Shown here in pieces: positions 13,401 to 27,279 of a stretch of DNA of 64,000 nt. The notes beneath the pieces were generated by a model that made no database searches, had not been told where the DNA came from, and saw only the letters and a list, made by a program, of their open reading frames with translations. The position numbers were made by a program, and so were the translations under genes. Source of the stretch: Epiperipatus broadwayi (Eukaryota; Animalia; Onychophora); NCBI GenBank assembly GCA_028023455.1, contig JAQFVV010000008.1:1612001-1676000 (forward strand), read 5' to 3'. Positions within the stretch are counted from its first letter, which is position 1. Each line of letters begins with the position of its first letter.

Positions 13401-13947
13401 CACTTAAGATCTCCATGCATTCCCACAAATACAAAATTAGATCTTTAGAGTCATGCATTTTAAAATGCAGTTGAAAGGTAAGTGCTTTTAGTCTACATTA
13501 TAATCATTGTTGCAGTATAGAATATGTAATATATTCAGATATTTATGTCTTTTCATTGAAACTATACTAAAATATATTGCACATTATGATAGCTCCATTA
13601 TTTATTTATTCACAATTATTTTATACTTGCACTTAAGTTATCATTTAACATTTAATAACTAATTTGATGACTGGACAAATATATTAATATTTTCAACTTT
13701 CAATGAACTTTTTTTTCTCTATCAATTTTAAATAAAAATCAAATATCTCATATCTCCTGCTACTTTATGCTTGAAACAATCTTTAATTGTTACTTGAAAA
13801 TAATATAAATACTGTATTATGTTAGCTCTTTTAAAAATTCAGGTCTAAAAATGATTCAGATTATTTCTTTAATTCAGGTTATGTTTTAAGATTAATGTTA
13901 ATTTTAACATATATATATTAAATCAGTTCTCTTGTGTTATTATATAT

Positions 13948-15353
13948 TGTACCGTTTATTTATATATGGCACAAATATATTGGCATTTGGTAAAAGCTAG
14001 GAAAAAGTAAATTTAGCGATTTTATTAAAAAGACGAAATTAAATTTTTTTTTGTTTGTATAGTTTATTTTTTTTAAAACGTACAATGAAAGTTAAATTTT
14101 TCGTCCATATTTTTTTTTTTATCTAATTAAAAGTAAAAGTAAAAATTGGAGAGAACAAAAAACACACAAATTACTAATCCAGATAAGCTAAAAGAAAAAT
14201 ATTTTAGCTAATTAAAGATGGCAGAATTATGCTAAAAAAAATAAAGACTTTGTAACTTAAATTTAAGAGAGAGTGTACAAGATTATTATCTTATATGCTG
14301 ATAAAAGGACAAAAGGATGCGCAGAAGTTTCAAAAACTGGATCGAGGTATAAAAAGAAGAGGACAACTTCGATCTAGGTCTTTCTTTACCTTCTGGTTCC
14401 ATGTCTTAGAGTTGGGGGTTTCCGCGAGCATAACCTGTGGCAGTAATATACTTCTGCACAGGTATGCCACTTGCTGTACCGAGCTGTCACGCAAGCATGG
14501 AAACGGAGCTTTGTGAATACCGCTTTTTACAATGAAAGGGTCACCACAACCGTGCTTTTTCTCTAGCTATAGAATGGACCAATAATTGAAGATGCTGGCA
14601 GGAGAGACCAATGGAAATTCCTATGAGCTCGGGATCCCATAAATCTACACCAACTTACCGGTAAGCTAAGATTAACTTTTCCCTGATTGTGACTTAAAGT
14701 TTGCAAACAACTCTTAAAAAAAATAAGCTTAAAATAATCCCGATAGAGACTTTAATTTTATTGTTCAAGAGACTCTTGTTTACCCAAGAAATTTAATTGT
14801 TTAACTGTTATTTTTTATTAATTGATTCATTATTTGGATTAGCGTGTGTTTTCTTCAGTTTTAATTAATTAGTAATTTCTCTTTAAACATTTTAATTTGT
14901 TAGAATAAAATATTTATTTCTAATACCAACTTTTCCTTGTATGTTATTAATGATTATTAATAAATTTATTAATGTTAATTATTAAGATTTGAAAATATAA
15001 TTTACCTTTGCCAATATGTGTTGACTAAGCTCCAGGAATAATAATATTTAGAAAATAACTCTAGTTATGGTAAAATATGATACCGATTCTTTTAAAAACA
15101 TTTTTCTTTTTAATTTTTGAGACGCGATGTGATGGATTTCAGCGGATTCTTATATGAATCCTGGCGCCCTTATAAAAGAAATAAAAGCTGATTCCATCAA
15201 TAGCGTAAATCATAACAATTACTAGGTAGAGTTGATCAGGAAATATAGTTATGTTTTTAGAAATAGGAATGAAACTTTCTTCTTTTTCCATAACTTGATC
15301 AACTCACGCATTTTATGTGTAACAGAGACCTAGTCAGATGGGAAAACATTTCA
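13948..15353 (+). repeat. 5' LTR
   Basis: Starts TGTACC, ends TTTCA; colinear with 16064-17465 with scattered substitutions and homopolymer indels. Confidence 0.85.
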
Positions 15354-15354
15354 A

Positions 15355-15372
15355 TGGCTCCCCAATGCGAGG
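15355..15372 (+). promoter_or_regulatory. Primer-binding site, best match tRNA-Asp 3' end
   Basis: TGGCTCCCC is complementary to the GGGGAGCCA 3' end of eukaryotic tRNA-Asp; the match is 9 nt and then diverges. Confidence 0.5.
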
Positions 15373-16063
15373 CTTTGATGCAACAACCACAACCTGAGAT
15401 ACGTTGTAATGGTATAAAGAACATTTCAATGATGACCCCAAAACCCATAGCCGGAGAATGAATAGTAGTTTTTTTTTAAAAATAAAAACTAACTAATTAA
15501 ACCCTGATTATACAAATATAAAAATATTTTTTTAATATGACTTACAGAAAGAAAAATATATATTTTTTTAATGTCTAAAAAAAAAACACGATCGCGGCTG
15601 ATATAGATGTAAGCCACAAGTATTTGACTGGGTAGGCAGTTACTGGAGAGGGGAAAAAGCATAGCCCCAAGTCCTTGTATGCAGTATATAACATAAGAAT
15701 ATCTTTAAATGCCCATCAGTCTATTTCTAGCAGGGATCCCATGAAAGGGGAGGGTAGACCAAGTTGCCGCGAGCCTATAAGACTCAGAATGATGAGAAAC
15801 GCTTGTTTGTGCTTATAACTTGGGCATCTTATTGTTAGTATTACACTTGAGTGGAAAGGACACAGGTGAATGTGGAAATGTTTCTCATTCCCACCATATT
15901 AGACCCAAAAGTGGGCGTTAAAGCCGCATGTCACTTGTGAATGAGTCTACGAGATATATCAGCATGCTAATACAAAAAAAAAACACACGAATATGGACTT
16001 AAAGCTTAAGAATAAAATTAGTTTAAACCCCTATTTTATTCTCATCTCCTGGCCCCAGTGGTA

Positions 16064-17465
16064 TGTACCATTTATTTATATATGGTACAAATATATTGGC
16101 ATTTGGTAAAAGCTAGGATAAAGTAAATTTAGTGATCTTATTAAAGAGACGAAATTAAATTTTTGTTTGCTTGTATAATTTATTTTTTTTAAAACGTACA
16201 ATGAAAGTTAAATTTTTTGTCCATATTTTTTTTATCTAATTAAAAATAAAAGTAAAAATTGGAGAGAACAAAAGACACACAAATTACTAATCCAGATAAG
16301 CTAAAAGAAAAATATTTTAGCTAATTAAAGATGGCAGAATTATGCTAAAAAAATAAAGACTTTGTAACTTAAATTTAAGAGAGAGTGTACAAGATTATTA
16401 TCTTATATGCTGATAAAAGGACAAAAGGATGCGCAGAAGTTTCAAAAACTGGATCGAGGTATAAAAAGAAGAGGACAACTTCGATCTAGGTTTTTTTTTT
16501 ACCTTCTGGTTCCATGTCTTAGAGTTGGGGGTTTCCGCGAGCATAACCTGTGGCAGTAATATACTTCTGCACAGGTATGCCACTTGCTGTACCGAGCTGT
16601 CACGCAAGCATGGAAACGGAGCTTTGTGAATACCGCTTTTTACAATGAAAGGGTTACCACAACCGTGCTTTATCTCTAGCTATAGAATGGACCAATAATT
16701 GAAGATGCCGGCAGGAGAGACCAATGGAAATTCCTATGAGCTAGGGATCCCATAAATTACACCAACTTACCAGTAAGCTAAGATTAACTTTTCCCCGATT
16801 GTGACTTAAAGTTTGCAAACAACTCTTAAAAAAAATAAGCTTAAAATAAACCCGGTAGAGACTTTAATTTTATTGGTCAAGAGACTCTTGTTTACCCAAG
16901 AAATTTAATTGTTCAACTGTTATTTTTTATTAATTGATTCATATCTGGATTAGCGTGTGTTCTCTTCAGTTTTATTTAATTAGTAATTTATCTTTAAACA
17001 TTTTAATTTGTTAGAATAAAAATATTTATTTCTAATACCAACTTTTCCTTGTATGTTATTAATGATTATTATTAAATTTATTAATATTAGTTTAGTAAGA
17101 TTTGAAAATATAATTTACCTTTGCCAATATGTGTTGACTAAGCTCCAGGAATAATAATATTTAGAAAATAACTCTAGTTATGGTAAAATATGATACCGAT
17201 TCTTTTAAAAACATTTTTTTTTAATTTTCGAGACGCGATGCGACGGATTTCAGCGGATTCTTATATGAATCCTCGCGCCCTTATAAAAGAAATAAAAGCT
17301 GATTCCGTCAATAGTGTAAATCATAACAATTACTAGGTAGAGTTGATCAGGAAATATAGTTATGTTTTTAGAAATAGGAATGAAACTTTCTTCTTTTTCC
17401 ATAACTTGATCAACTCATGCATGCTATGTGTAACAGAGACCTAGTCAGATGGGCAAAACGCTTCA
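16064..17465 (+). repeat. 3' LTR
   Basis: Starts TGTACC, ends CTTCA, followed by ATAT. Confidence 0.85.
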
Positions 17466-20199
17466 ATATATATTAGTTTTCTTAAAAGTTAACACATTTT
17501 AAATATCTAATTCATATATAAATAACTTTTAATCAATTTTATATTTTATCTTTTCCTTCATATACTATAATCATTGTCAATCTAAATATTCATTCATATG
17601 AAATATTTTATTTTAAAAATTAATCTGCTTTTTTGCATTACAAACACATTAAGAGTTGAACATTGAAGTAAATATTATATCCTATACAAAAGTTCAGATA
17701 AAAAGGTTTTCAAGTTTGGTATATTTGATATACTCTACTTCTTGTGATGGTTTCTAATAAATCATATTTCTATGCAACATTTTGCTTATTTTTAATTAAA
17801 CTTGTTTTTCTGCATATTATTTCAATTTTATATTGTCCCATCTCCTATTTGTACAGACTAAACCATGAGCTATATATTAATCCAATATAACAAGAATTTA
17901 TAAATATCTTGGTTTATACCTCATTATTTCTTTAATCTTTTTTATAGTTTTATGTTGCAAGATGAGGAGAGTTATGGATTTTTTTTTTTTTAGAATAAGT
18001 ACTAGCAATTCATCAACACACTTTATTGAGAATCATTTTTAAAAAAATAAAAGATTTAAATCTATCATTTAAATTTAGCTAACTAAGTAATGCATTCAAA
18101 AACATTTTTATAAAATATTTATTAAAAAAAAAGTTTGTAAACATATATATTAAGATCATCATTAATTATAATAATTTCTTGTCACTTTATCATCATTTTC
18201 AAATATTGATTCACTGTAGTTTGAAGTTACCTTTGTTTAATTTATGTCTTTTTAATCTTAAACATGGTTTCTATGTAGATTCATTGGGATTACATTTAGG
18301 ATTGATATTTCTTACATTGTATATATTCAGGATGATTTTATTTTTGCCTACTTTTTCAATTATGTTAGCGATTCACCCTTATATTTCAATCCCTTTTTAT
18401 TAAGTCCAACTTTTATAACTTCTGCAGCTTCCATATTGTTAATTTATTAATGAATTTTTCAGATTTTAAGTATGTACTGATAGAATATATTTCTTATAAA
18501 TCTTTTTTTTGAGGCACATATTTCACTTTTAATCCCTCCTTGTTAATTTATATTCCCCATTCTGCCTTTTATAAATGTCCTTTCAGATCCATAAGTATGC
18601 ACTAGTATTTCGACTTATTATAACCCTTTCTTTTGAGATACATAGACATGTTTCTTTTAGTCTAAAGTTATTTCTACTGGAGATTTACTGCCTAAGTTTA
18701 AATCTATGATTAACTTAATGCATTTTCATCTGTATTAACAATTTGATTTAAATATATTTTGTACTTCTTTGTTGAAAGGGCATTATTGATCATTATTTTA
18801 TTTCTTCTTAACTTTTATGATTAGTTGCATTTTATTACTTTTGTGATAATTTTTTAAAATTTTTCTGCAGTTCTGAAGCATTATTCGCAAAATCTATTAT
18901 ATCATCTGTAAAATTTATGATGTAAGAATGCTCTATGTATTTTATTATTTATTTCCAATTTAATCTACTAATTATTGAAAGCTTGCTGTGCTGATATTAT
19001 TAATCAATGCTAATCTTAGTGCCAATTTCTAGACCGCTTTTTATTTTTAGACAAATGTGCATCAGAAATTGATATTATATTTCAAAGCTAGCAGGGATTA
19101 ATTCATTGCAAAAATGGCAATTTGTGCTCAATAATTCGTGGTCCTTTTTTGTACTTGAAAGTGTTCTATTGTATTTATGTGTGGTTGTTAAGTTTTATGT
19201 GCAATAGAATATTATAAATTAGTGATCATGATTAATGATAATTTTCTATTTGTTGCCAATTCATAAATTGTATTGAACAATTATATCATTAGATACTTAA
19301 GCATTTTTAAATTTATTTTATTTTTGTTAGTTGGTGTTTAATGTTTTCAAGATGATTATAATTATCCTAATAAACATTATATGTAAAGCTGATAGATGAC
19401 TATGAGTCCGATTGGTCCCATTAAGGAAGGTGATCTAGCTATAAATAGACAGTCCATTTGAAGATAGTCGGACAACAAATTAATGACAGAGATGAATGGC
19501 AGCATGCACATTGTCCATTACATTCTTAAAGCAGTAAGCTAACATGAGGCAAGCTGTTGCAGTATAGCTGGAAGTGTCACCATACCTAAGCATGAGGCAT
19601 ACTAACATTGTGCAGCTGGAGATGTTAGGCAAATCTATAAAAGCATCTGTAGTCCTTCCTTCAACAGTTGTGTGGCAACTAGATGCTGCACCCTAGTCAA
19701 TGATATCAGGCAAAGATATGACAGTTGTATATATTGTAAATATATATATCCAATATCATTTCATCTTACATAAATGTCAATGCCACTCTTGCATTTTTCC
19801 AATTATCTAATATATTCTTATCATATAAAGATTTAATATGTAGCATTGCTAACAATTTTTGCATTTTTTCATCTTTTTTAAAAAAGAAATATCTATAATG
19901 ATTCCATTATTTTCCATTCTTCATAGATTTAAATGCACATCTTGTCTTTTCATTTAAAATGTGTGATTTTCTCCATGTTATTGTCATTATTATATGAGCA
20001 ATTTTATTTTTCTATTTTTTATTCCTTTATAGTTTTTTTTTTTTTACTATATTCTTCTATATATTTCACAATGAGCTTTTTGTTTCTAGTAATTTATGTC
20101 TTTTTTTTTTTTTTTTACTACTGAAATAATGATTTATGACTAATATTTTCTCATCATATCATTAATTTTTTTTGAAAAAATATGGAATTCAAGTTAACC

Positions 20200-21330
20200 A
20201 GTTTTTTTAAATAAATCATTTAAAATCTATTTTCATATTTTTTTTTTCTTGCATACATTGCCTTGTACCAGTAAAAGGCTTACTATTGAATTGTTTTTTG
20301 TTTTTTTTTATTAAGCTGTAAAACTGTTTTTAGTAGAATATCAGTTATTTTTTTATTGATTTTGTTCAAATGTAAGACATTTTCAAAGGGTTCTAATATT
20401 TCAAAAGAATCTAATAAATTCTGACTTAAATGGATTGGTGTATTAATGAAAATTTCATTAATCAATAAGTATTTTCTTTCTTGAATCAATTTTGGTTAGC
20501 TAAAACATAATCCAACTCTGTTGGGCCTTTGATAGATTTCTTTTTTGGATTTTTTTTTAAAAGATCATAATTTCCATTTTTTTTTCCCAACAAATTTTAC
20601 AAGATTATGTCCTCTCTTATCTCTGATTCTATCTGTAAAAGACTATTTTCATTTTTTAAACATTTTCAGTTCTATCAATAAAATCATTAATACAATTTTT
20701 AGAAAGTTGTTTGGTGTCTTTAAATGCAGCATTCTTTATATCTAAGAAAAAGTTTTCCACTTCTTATTTAGAACTTGTGGAATAAGTCAATTAACTGAAT
20801 TTTTTTAATTTGATTTTTTGATATACCATACATTTTTTTAGTGTTACTATTCAATTTTTTATTTATAATAAAAATGAAAATCACTTCTATTCTTCCAGTA
20901 TTGTTTTTTATACTATTTCTTGTATGTATATATATATAGTAAGATGTACATTCACTTTTTAATTTAGTTGTACCTTCATCTTTTAGTGAAACTTCTGAAA
21001 GTCTGACAATATTAGGTAGATTTTCCATCTTTGTTTTAAAAATGACATCTTACAAGTGGCCAAATTTAATCAATCATGAATATCAGCATAGATATGTAAT
21101 CAGATAATTTTTAGCTTTCTCTTCTTTCTTTCACCAATATTTATTTTGCTCAATAACTTTTCAGTTTTGGACAAATGATGACTAACATTTATTAGCATAG
21201 ATCTGTAGTCATATCACTTTTAGCATCATCTGCCTTATCTCAACTTCTATTTTCTTAATAATTTGTAGCCACTGACAAATGATGTTCATGATTTATTTTT
21301 ATCTGTCATGCCATATGTGTAAAAATGAGC
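20200..21330 (-). mobile_element. Possible decayed hAT-type transposase fragment
   Basis: Short ORFs 20768-21028 and 20283-20489 plus flanking frames look coding-derived; DEGTTKLK..SYYIYIH loosely resembles the hAT DGA..M.G...YVHC region. Weak, by eye only. Confidence 0.35.
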
Positions 21331-24248
21331 ATTTATGCACAGACCTTACATATAAGCTGCATTTATGATTATTCAGTCAATATCTCAGTTAAAAGCTGTT
21401 GGTTTTTAGTGTTAAACTCTGAGAGAAAAGTTAGTTGGCTCATTTTTGTGGCTCATGCTTTATGGGAGAGCAGCAAATCATATTACTTTACCACGCTAAC
21501 AGTTCTATAATAAAAACATTTGCATCAATAACAGTATAGTTAATGGGCATTAGGAATATTCATTCTGTTTTTTTAAGACTTTATATAGAACTGAAAGAAA
21601 TTCTTTCAGTTAATTAATTTCTTTTGGAGGCCATCATTCTCTATCAACTTTGCTTAATTTTCTTTCACTAGGATATTTCTTGACAGATTATTTTAATAAG
21701 TTATATCCTTACACATTAGCAAAATAATTGTAATTAGTACAATTGCTGTTTTTCTAATTTACATGTTATAAGTTTAAATAAATAGTGAATCTACAGTGTA
21801 TATATATATAGACAGAGAGAAGTAGTGTGTATACATATTCAAAACTCAAAATATACAATTAATTCAAGGCAATATAAATTATATAAAATAACTGCATTAC
21901 ATTAATTAATTGATATATGTATCTTTTCTCATCATTATACAATTTTTTTAGATATCCTTAAATATCATGATTTGTAATCTTTGGGTTCTGCTTATAATAA
22001 GTTGGAAGTCATAGTTCTTTATATATGCATATATCTATAGACATAATTATACTTGTATTGTTATATGTAGTTTAAATGAATTGTTTTGTATTTATGATGA
22101 AAATCATTTTGTACTGAGTAAAATAATTTTATTACTCATATGTATATTAAAATAGGCAAAACCCTCCACACAGTAGTGGCCATATGTATATTATTGAATG
22201 CATGGTTTTCCTATTGTTGGAATTGTGGATTCTATAGGGTTCTCTTGAAAGTCTGTATTCTATATGTTCATTCTTTTTTGATTACTTGGGTTTGGGTTTC
22301 AATTGAATCTTTCTTGTATATGATTTTTATTTGAGTAAGAAATCTGATGATACTCTGAAGTCCAATCAAATATTAATATGATTGTTTGGATAATTATATA
22401 GTAATTCCAAGTTTAATGTTTTAAAATTTGTTACAATATTTTCATAGATTACAATAGTTATAGAAATATTTAAAAAGGACATTTAATGTTTTCAATTAGA
22501 ATTTTTAGATTTCCATGTGTAAAAAGACTTTGATCTCATTTGGTTATTTTAAATGATCATTGACATATTAATATATCTAATACATGTTAATGATTAATTC
22601 ATGAATGATTATTAAAATTTTTTTGATGTTAGTGTTACAGTTATAACAATTTGATATACTTGAGATAGGGTGTTTCTTGTGTTAGTATAAAGATGTTAGA
22701 CTTTTTTTCTTATAGGTTAATGACAGAAGGCGATAAATGTATGTGTCTGATAAGGGAATAAATTCTGAACATATAAAATTTCAATTTGTTTATTTATATC
22801 TTGGCCAGTATAGAAGTGGATTAGCATATTTTAAATTGTCTTGCTTTTGTTGAAATCAAAGAAGTTAGAGTTGTAACTTTTTGTTTTTTTTTAAAAATCA
22901 GGTTAAAATTAGATTAAATTGACACATGTAATTCTGAATTTTCCATAATTCTTTTTTTTTTTATGTTTGTTTAACTTGTTTAAAATTATTTTCCATATTT
23001 AGTGGCTATAGCTATGATAGCTTGTAGTTTTCTAATTTATCTGTTGTAAACTGATTATATATACTATACATTTTTAATTTAAAGTGTCTTATGAATTTTA
23101 TTATCTTTGGTTGATTTTTTTAATCTTTTTTAATTTAATGTGCTTGCACATATGTTTATATACTTAAAAAAATACAAGTAATTTTATTAATTTGAATTTT
23201 ATAAATACATAAAGTAATAAATATATTTTATATAATACTATTATTTTATGAAATAAATTTTATCAATTGGAATAATACTAAAGTTAAGTTCAAGGAGGAA
23301 ATAATAAAATTGTTATAAAATTGATTATAAGAACAATTATACAATGTTAACAGATGTGGAAAGTATTCTTTTAAGGCAATTATAATATTAATTTTAAGAC
23401 AAGTCTGTAAAATAAACAAATGTGGGAAGATAATTTATGTTACAAATAGAAAGTTATAAATAGTAAGACTTGCATGTATCATATAATATATTAATAGAAT
23501 TATATAAGTTCGAATATTGAACAGTATTATATGTGTATATTACCTGTTATTTCTCCTATGTTTTTATAATGGTGACTTATTTTTATGCAATGATTGAATG
23601 ATAGAATAGTATTAAAATAATTAAATAATAGAAAAATGTTTTTCTTCATTTCTGCATCAGATGCCTTCTGTAAAATATGCCCCAATACAGTACACTGTCT
23701 GTTTATTGCAATGCTTTTTAATCTTTTTAAAGTTGTGGGATATTTTTGATTTTAAATTTTTTTGTTATAAACCAAAATCAATAACATTTTTATATAGAAA
23801 TTGACCAAATCTTAAAATTAACAAAAGTATGAATGAATGCAACCTTTTATTAAAAATTAATAGATTACAGATTATATAGTAATAAAAATAGAAAATCATA
23901 ATTAAAAAAATGATTATTATGATTGTAATTAAATTTCTCCATTTTGCATTATTAGGATGGTAATAATTGTTTCTAATATTAATATATTTTTAATTGTAAT
24001 CAAAACATTAATAAAAATTAAAAATAATTATTAAAGATAGTAAATATATATATAACAAACCACATATAAACTTCTTTTTAAATCTCGATTTACTATATGA
24101 ACTGCTATAGCATAAAAAAAATATACTCCAATATTTTGACAATAATAAAAAAATACATAAAAAAACAAATACAAATATTCCATAATATATATAACAAAAA
24201 CTCTTTTTACAAAATCACCACATTCGTTTCTTAAATATCTTTCTTAAA

Positions 24249-24688
24249 ATAATCCCCTATAATTATTTAATTAAATCAACCTATTATCCTCATTTTTTCA
24301 GTTAACATCCTATTCATTACAGGTTTCATTTCATTAATATATATTTCTTCTTTTATAATTCTTTCATAATAGGATATAATACATGCTAAAGCTTCTATTT
24401 TAAAATCTTTGTTTAAATTTACTCATATAACCACAAACTGCAGAATAAATTGGCAACAAGATTAAAACAGCATTTAAATGATAAAAATTCTGCAGTTAAT
24501 GGTCCTATGAGTTAATTTAAATGTAAATATTTTAAAATAGAACTTTTAGAATGTATTAGATCGTATTATGAAAAAATTATAAAAGAAGGAATTTATATTA
24601 ATGAAATGAAACCTGTAATGAATAAGATGTTAATTGAAAAAAAAAGAGGATAATAGGTTGATTTAATTAAATAATTATAGGAGATTAT
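24249..24688. mobile_element. MITE-like fold-back element with ~158-bp imperfect inverted arms
   Basis: 24249-24406 is the reverse complement of 24529-24688 with scattered mismatches; ~120-bp unique spacer; TA at both ends (24250-24251, 24686-24687). Confidence 0.65.
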
Positions 24689-24689
24689 G

Positions 24690-27265
24690 AAAGTGCACGT
24701 TTCTAATATGTTTAATTTCACAATGCTTGTGGGTATACAATATTTTTTGTTGTTGCATTGTCTGTGCAGATATTGAGATTGTCTGGTTTGCCGACTCTAG
24801 AACATGCAACATATAATTGTCTATGTGAGAAACAATCCGTATCTAGATCTAAACCACACAATTCTAAAGATTGGCCCTGAGATTTGTTGATGGTGATTGC
24901 AAATGCCAATCGAATTGGGAATTGCAATCTCTTAAATTGAAATGGCATATTCATTGGAATCGTAGGAATGCGAAGAATGAGGACATCTTGACCTTTGAAA
25001 GGTCCTGCCAAGATTGTTGCTTCTACGTCATTGCTCATTAATTTTTTATTGCAAGTCATGTGCCGTTGCAGAGCTTTGGCTGGTTGATATTTCACAACAT
25101 GATAATTGGCACGCTGATTTTCAATTGCCGTACATGCAGTGGCATCCCTGGCAGTTCGAGTGAATTCAAAAATTCTGTTGGATAATTAACCACTTCATCT
25201 GCTTCCACAACAGTGTCGAAGGACTTGTATGTGACTGCCTTGCTTTGAATGTTAGACTGAATAATATTGTTAAGTTTATAGATGTCTTTGTTCTTGGTTG
25301 CAAGAATAGCTCATTCACTCAGCCAGTCATGATTCTTATAATTGGTTTGAATATTGGGAAATACTTTTTCAACCAATTCTTCTTTTGATGTCACTAAATT
25401 GCAGAAGTTATGAGGCAATGAAATTTGTCCTGAGGTCAGATCATCCGGGATCTTTCCATTCCCAATTTCTAGCAATTGATGTGAGAATATCTCAGTTGAT
25501 CGATCATTTTGCAGCTGGACACACATATTTGTAGTTAATTTTAATGTCTTTACATGTTTCCACAAAGTAGAGTATTTCAGGCAAGCATTTATTTTGTCCA
25601 CTGGTGTCAATTGAGGAATTGCAGGTAATGTTTGCCTGAAATTGCCTGTAAGCAATATTAATGCGTTCCCAAATGGTCTGATGTTTCCACGCAAATCTTG
25701 CAATCATCGATCAAGAGCCTTGAGCGATTTTTTGTGTGCCATTGTGCATTCATCCCAAATAATGTTTGCATTTCTGCAATACTTTTATCATGCCGGATGC
25801 TTTGGAAATGTTGCATTTGGGAGTTTCAATGAATTGTATGTTCAGTGGCAATTTCAAAGCGGAATGAGCAGTTCTTCCACCTGGTAACAATGTCGCACTG
25901 ATTCCGGACAATGCAAGAGCTAACTAAGGCTATGTTATTTTGGGCTCAAATTGCTGCCAGAATCAATCTAATTAGGAACATTTTACCAGTTCCTCCTTGC
26001 GCATCTAAGAAGATTTCTCCAACCCCGTTATTGACACCTTGCATTATTTGATCATAAATACCTTTTTGCTCAAGCGTTAGCTTAGGAATTTTTGATTGCA
26101 TATACGATAAAAGATCACCTGTGTTGTAATTTTGTTCATGACGCAATTCTGCATTGAACGAAGCAGCAGCAGATCGATTCGGTGATGGCATTCCCAATTG
26201 ATTGAGAACACTTCGTGATTTCTAAGCACAAATCTTCAATCATTATCAATGCTTCATTGTAGATTTCTGTGAAATCCATGTTCATATTTGAATTTTTCTT
26301 GTATATTCGACAGAAAATATCTTCAGCCCTATGCGATTTATATTTTTCCCATAACTGTCGGTGATGAAGGAGAACAGGCAGTCAATATGATTGCAAACAA
26401 TGCACGTATTTGGTTTGGATGTGATGTGTTGCATGCATCATTAATGCATACATCCCAGTGTCGGTTATTCTCCAATAAATTCAGAGCATGACATGCACTG
26501 TGGAAAGTGACATGTGTAACACTGTTGATAATTCTCAATTGCTGGAAAGATGTTGGACTGGGCATATTTACCAACAGCATGCGAAGAAAGAAGCATTCAC
26601 CTTGATTGGGATGCATGGTGTACAGTCTGCCTATTGTAGTTTTGTTGAATATGCCAGGTTGTCTGTTGACTAGCTCTCCTCGTTTCCATCATTCAAATGA
26701 TTTTCTACTCACATTCCATGTGTAATATGTAGGCACTTCTGAATACAGCAGTGTTTTTGCAAATGCATCATTTTGACATAACTTGAAGAAAGCAGTGAAC
26801 GTTGTAGCCAGTGGATTTAATGCTGTTTGTTGCACATTTGCAGCTGTGATATAAATGCGTTGTCGTTGTCCATTTTCTAAATGTACTGCTAAGTGAACAA
26901 CAGCCGGACTTTCATTCAAATATGGGAAATGAAAGAATTTGCCATCCAGTTTCATTGCTGTTTATGTATCTTCCAGCCTGATATTGTGTGATTTCATCGA
27001 TATCTATGACCGCATTCCTATCACTTCTTTCTGGTTGCATGCTAAAAACTGCCATGTTGCTGCCTTTATTTACATACTTATAAATGTATTTGATCGATTT
27101 AATGGAGTTATAGTATTCCACGTTTATGTGTGCTTTGTATGTTTTTAATAGCAAAGGCGAATATGAAACAAGCCACCCATTATCTATTTTGATGTCACCA
27201 TTTCGCATTTGTATGGTTGTTATTTTACCGCCATCTTCTGCTGATCTTCTTCTGTATAGAGGATA
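24690..27265 (-). mobile_element. Helitron Rep/Pif1-like helicase fragment, 5'-truncated and frameshifted
   Basis: YPLYRRR..HINVEY.NSIKSIKYIYKYVNKG, DEITQYQAGRYI, HLAVHLENGQR (Rep C-terminal part); FLDAQGGTGKMFL (Walker A), LTGNFRQTLP, QFPIRLAFAITINKSQGQSL and FSHRQLYVACSRV (Pif1 motifs) in ORFs 26912-27268 through 24718-25095. Confidence 0.95.
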
Positions 27266-27279
27266 CAAACTATAAAAAC

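Larger units (their letters stand above)
13948..17465 (+). mobile_element. Non-autonomous LTR retrotransposon: two ~1.4-kb LTRs, 710-bp non-coding interior
   Basis: Highly similar direct repeats 13948-15353 and 16064-17465, both TG...CA; ATAT on both flanks (13944-13947, 17466-17469); PBS-like TGGCTCCCC one base after the first LTR; TATAAAAG and AATAAA inside each LTR in + orientation; no gag/pol motifs inside. Confidence 0.85.

Noticed and set aside
14295-14516. Short ORFs inside the LTRs (also 16398-16607)
   Set aside because: Not conserved as a frame between the two LTRs and no recognisable motif.
19388-19420. CTGATAGATGACTATGAGTCCGATTGGTC, hammerhead-like look
   Set aside because: Core has an insertion, GAAA is absent and the flanks do not pair.
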